Positions 63,241-64,000 of a DNA stretch of 64,000 nucleotides are shown piece after piece (the first letter of the stretch is position 1; the number at the start of each line of letters is the position of its first letter). The notes beneath the pieces are model-generated. The model was not told where the DNA came from, did not search any database, and was given only the letters and a program-made list of their open reading frames with translations. The position numbers were made by a program, and so were the translations under genes. Source of the stretch: Candidatus Anstonellales archaeon (lineage in GTDB: Archaea > Micrarchaeota > Micrarchaeia > Anstonellales > J096); NCBI GenBank assembly GCA_038740615.1, contig JAVYLQ010000001.1, forward strand, positions 13,865-77,864, given 5' to 3'.

Positions 63241-64000
63241 GTAACATCTTCTCCCTCCAATATTCCACTTCTAACATATCCCTAAACTCAGGTAAATCGT
63301 ATCCTACTTTTATGATAGAGAATCCTTTTAGATTGTAATTAGATATAAATTTCTCTGTTAGATTGTTTATATCATTTATAAAATATCTTGGAATATAAAA
63401 TCTTTCATCTTTCAAATATCCTGTTTCCAATCTTTCAAAGATATCCACAGATGGTCCGGGGATTAGTTCTGCATACTCTATCTTAGACATAATTGGGATT
63501 CCTCCTAGATATGCATATTTGTCTCTAACCAAAACATGAAGATACTCTATGAATATCTTATTCTTCTCAAGATAATCCCTCCATGCCTTACCAATTCTCC
63601 GTAACATACCATATGATTTATCCTCTAATTCGTACGGATTACTCAAGAGTATCCCAAATTCACCAGATCTATTCTCCCTACCTATATGGAAATACTGCTC
63701 AGAAGGAGATTTGATAAATCCTCTAGAATACACAATGAATCTAGATAGTGTTGATAGGGATACAGCTGCTCCAGCATTTCTATTAGCATCTGTTGGGTCT
63801 ATCACAATCAGAGGATCAGAAAATTCCTTCTCAGATTTCGTCTCCAGCTCAATTCTAACCGGAATTTTCCATTTGCTCGCAGATTCCAATACTGATAGAA
63901 AACTCCCATATTTAATTATCAGTAATTCACATAAGTATCCGGAGAAACCATTCACTCGATTATCAGCCCCATATAACCCTAAAGTCTTCATAAACCTCTT
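63230..64000 (-). CDS. cca: CCA-adding tRNA nucleotidyltransferase, archaeal class I (C-terminal part; gene continues beyond window end)
   Basis: GFSGYLCELLIIKYGSF and downstream body/tail-domain-like sequence. The nucleotidyltransferase head domain is absent, so the true start lies beyond 64000. Confidence 0.55.
   Translation of the reverse strand, partial: KRFMKTLGLYGADNRVNGFSGYLCELLIIKYGSFLSVLESASKWKIPVRIELETKSEKEFSDPLIVIDPTDANRNAGAAVSLSTLSRFIVYSRGFIKSPSEQYFHIGRENRSGEFGILLSNPYELEDKSYGMLRRIGKAWRDYLEKNKIFIEYLHVLVRDKYAYLGGIPIMSKIEYAELIPGPSVDIFERLETGYLKDERFYIPRYFINDINNLTEKFISNYNLKGFSIIKVGYDLPEFRDMLEVEYWREKMLLRI

Overview
This 64 kb window is a compact, AT-rich archaeal chromosomal segment. 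It shows archaeal RNA polymerase subunits H/B/A'/A'', L30e, L37ae, S7/S12, the exosome proteins, Alba, aIF5B, an intron-containing tRNA, a stand-alone 5S rRNA and class-I CCA enzyme motifs. The unsplit rpoB with split rpoA, the unlinked 5S gene, the FtsZ homolog, the MVD-family enzyme and the HMG-CoA reductase fit a Thermoplasmata- or DPANN-like lineage, but this placement is inference only. Genes are tightly packed and many overlap by 4 nt (ATGA) or by 10-30 nt. Most content is housekeeping. One group is the RNAP operon fused directly to the exosome 'superoperon' (rpoH-rpoB-rpoA'-rpoA''-L30e-NusA-like-SBDS-Rrp4-Rrp41-Rrp42-L37ae). Others are thrS, glyS, pheS, pheT, infB, SRP54, an FtsZ homolog, S12/S7, DnaG primase, RNase Z, RNase HII, Alba, Nop5, fibrillarin, aTrm56 and the CCA enzyme. 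Metabolic genes cover the mevalonate/isoprenoid route (MVD-family enzyme, HMG-CoA reductase, geranylgeranyl reductase, a cis-prenyltransferase), glmS, glycosyltransferases and glutamate dehydrogenase. RNA genes are tRNA-Tyr(GUA) with a 16-nt anticodon-loop intron, tRNA-Leu(UAA) and a stand-alone 5S rRNA. No CRISPR array, transposase or integrase is visible. The most unusual content is (i) a 535-aa protein carrying the RelA/SpoT (alarmone-synthetase/toxSAS-like) motifs, translationally coupled to an AGOG-like DNA glycosylase. Also unusual are (ii) a divergently transcribed wHTH/coiled-coil protein + 892-aa Cys-rich lipoprotein + cupin cluster, (iii) a GC-rich structured element with a GUGAUGA K-turn-like loop upstream of dnaG, and (iv) several small operons of uncharacterised proteins. 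All protein calls rest on motif recognition by eye in the supplied translations; no database search was run.
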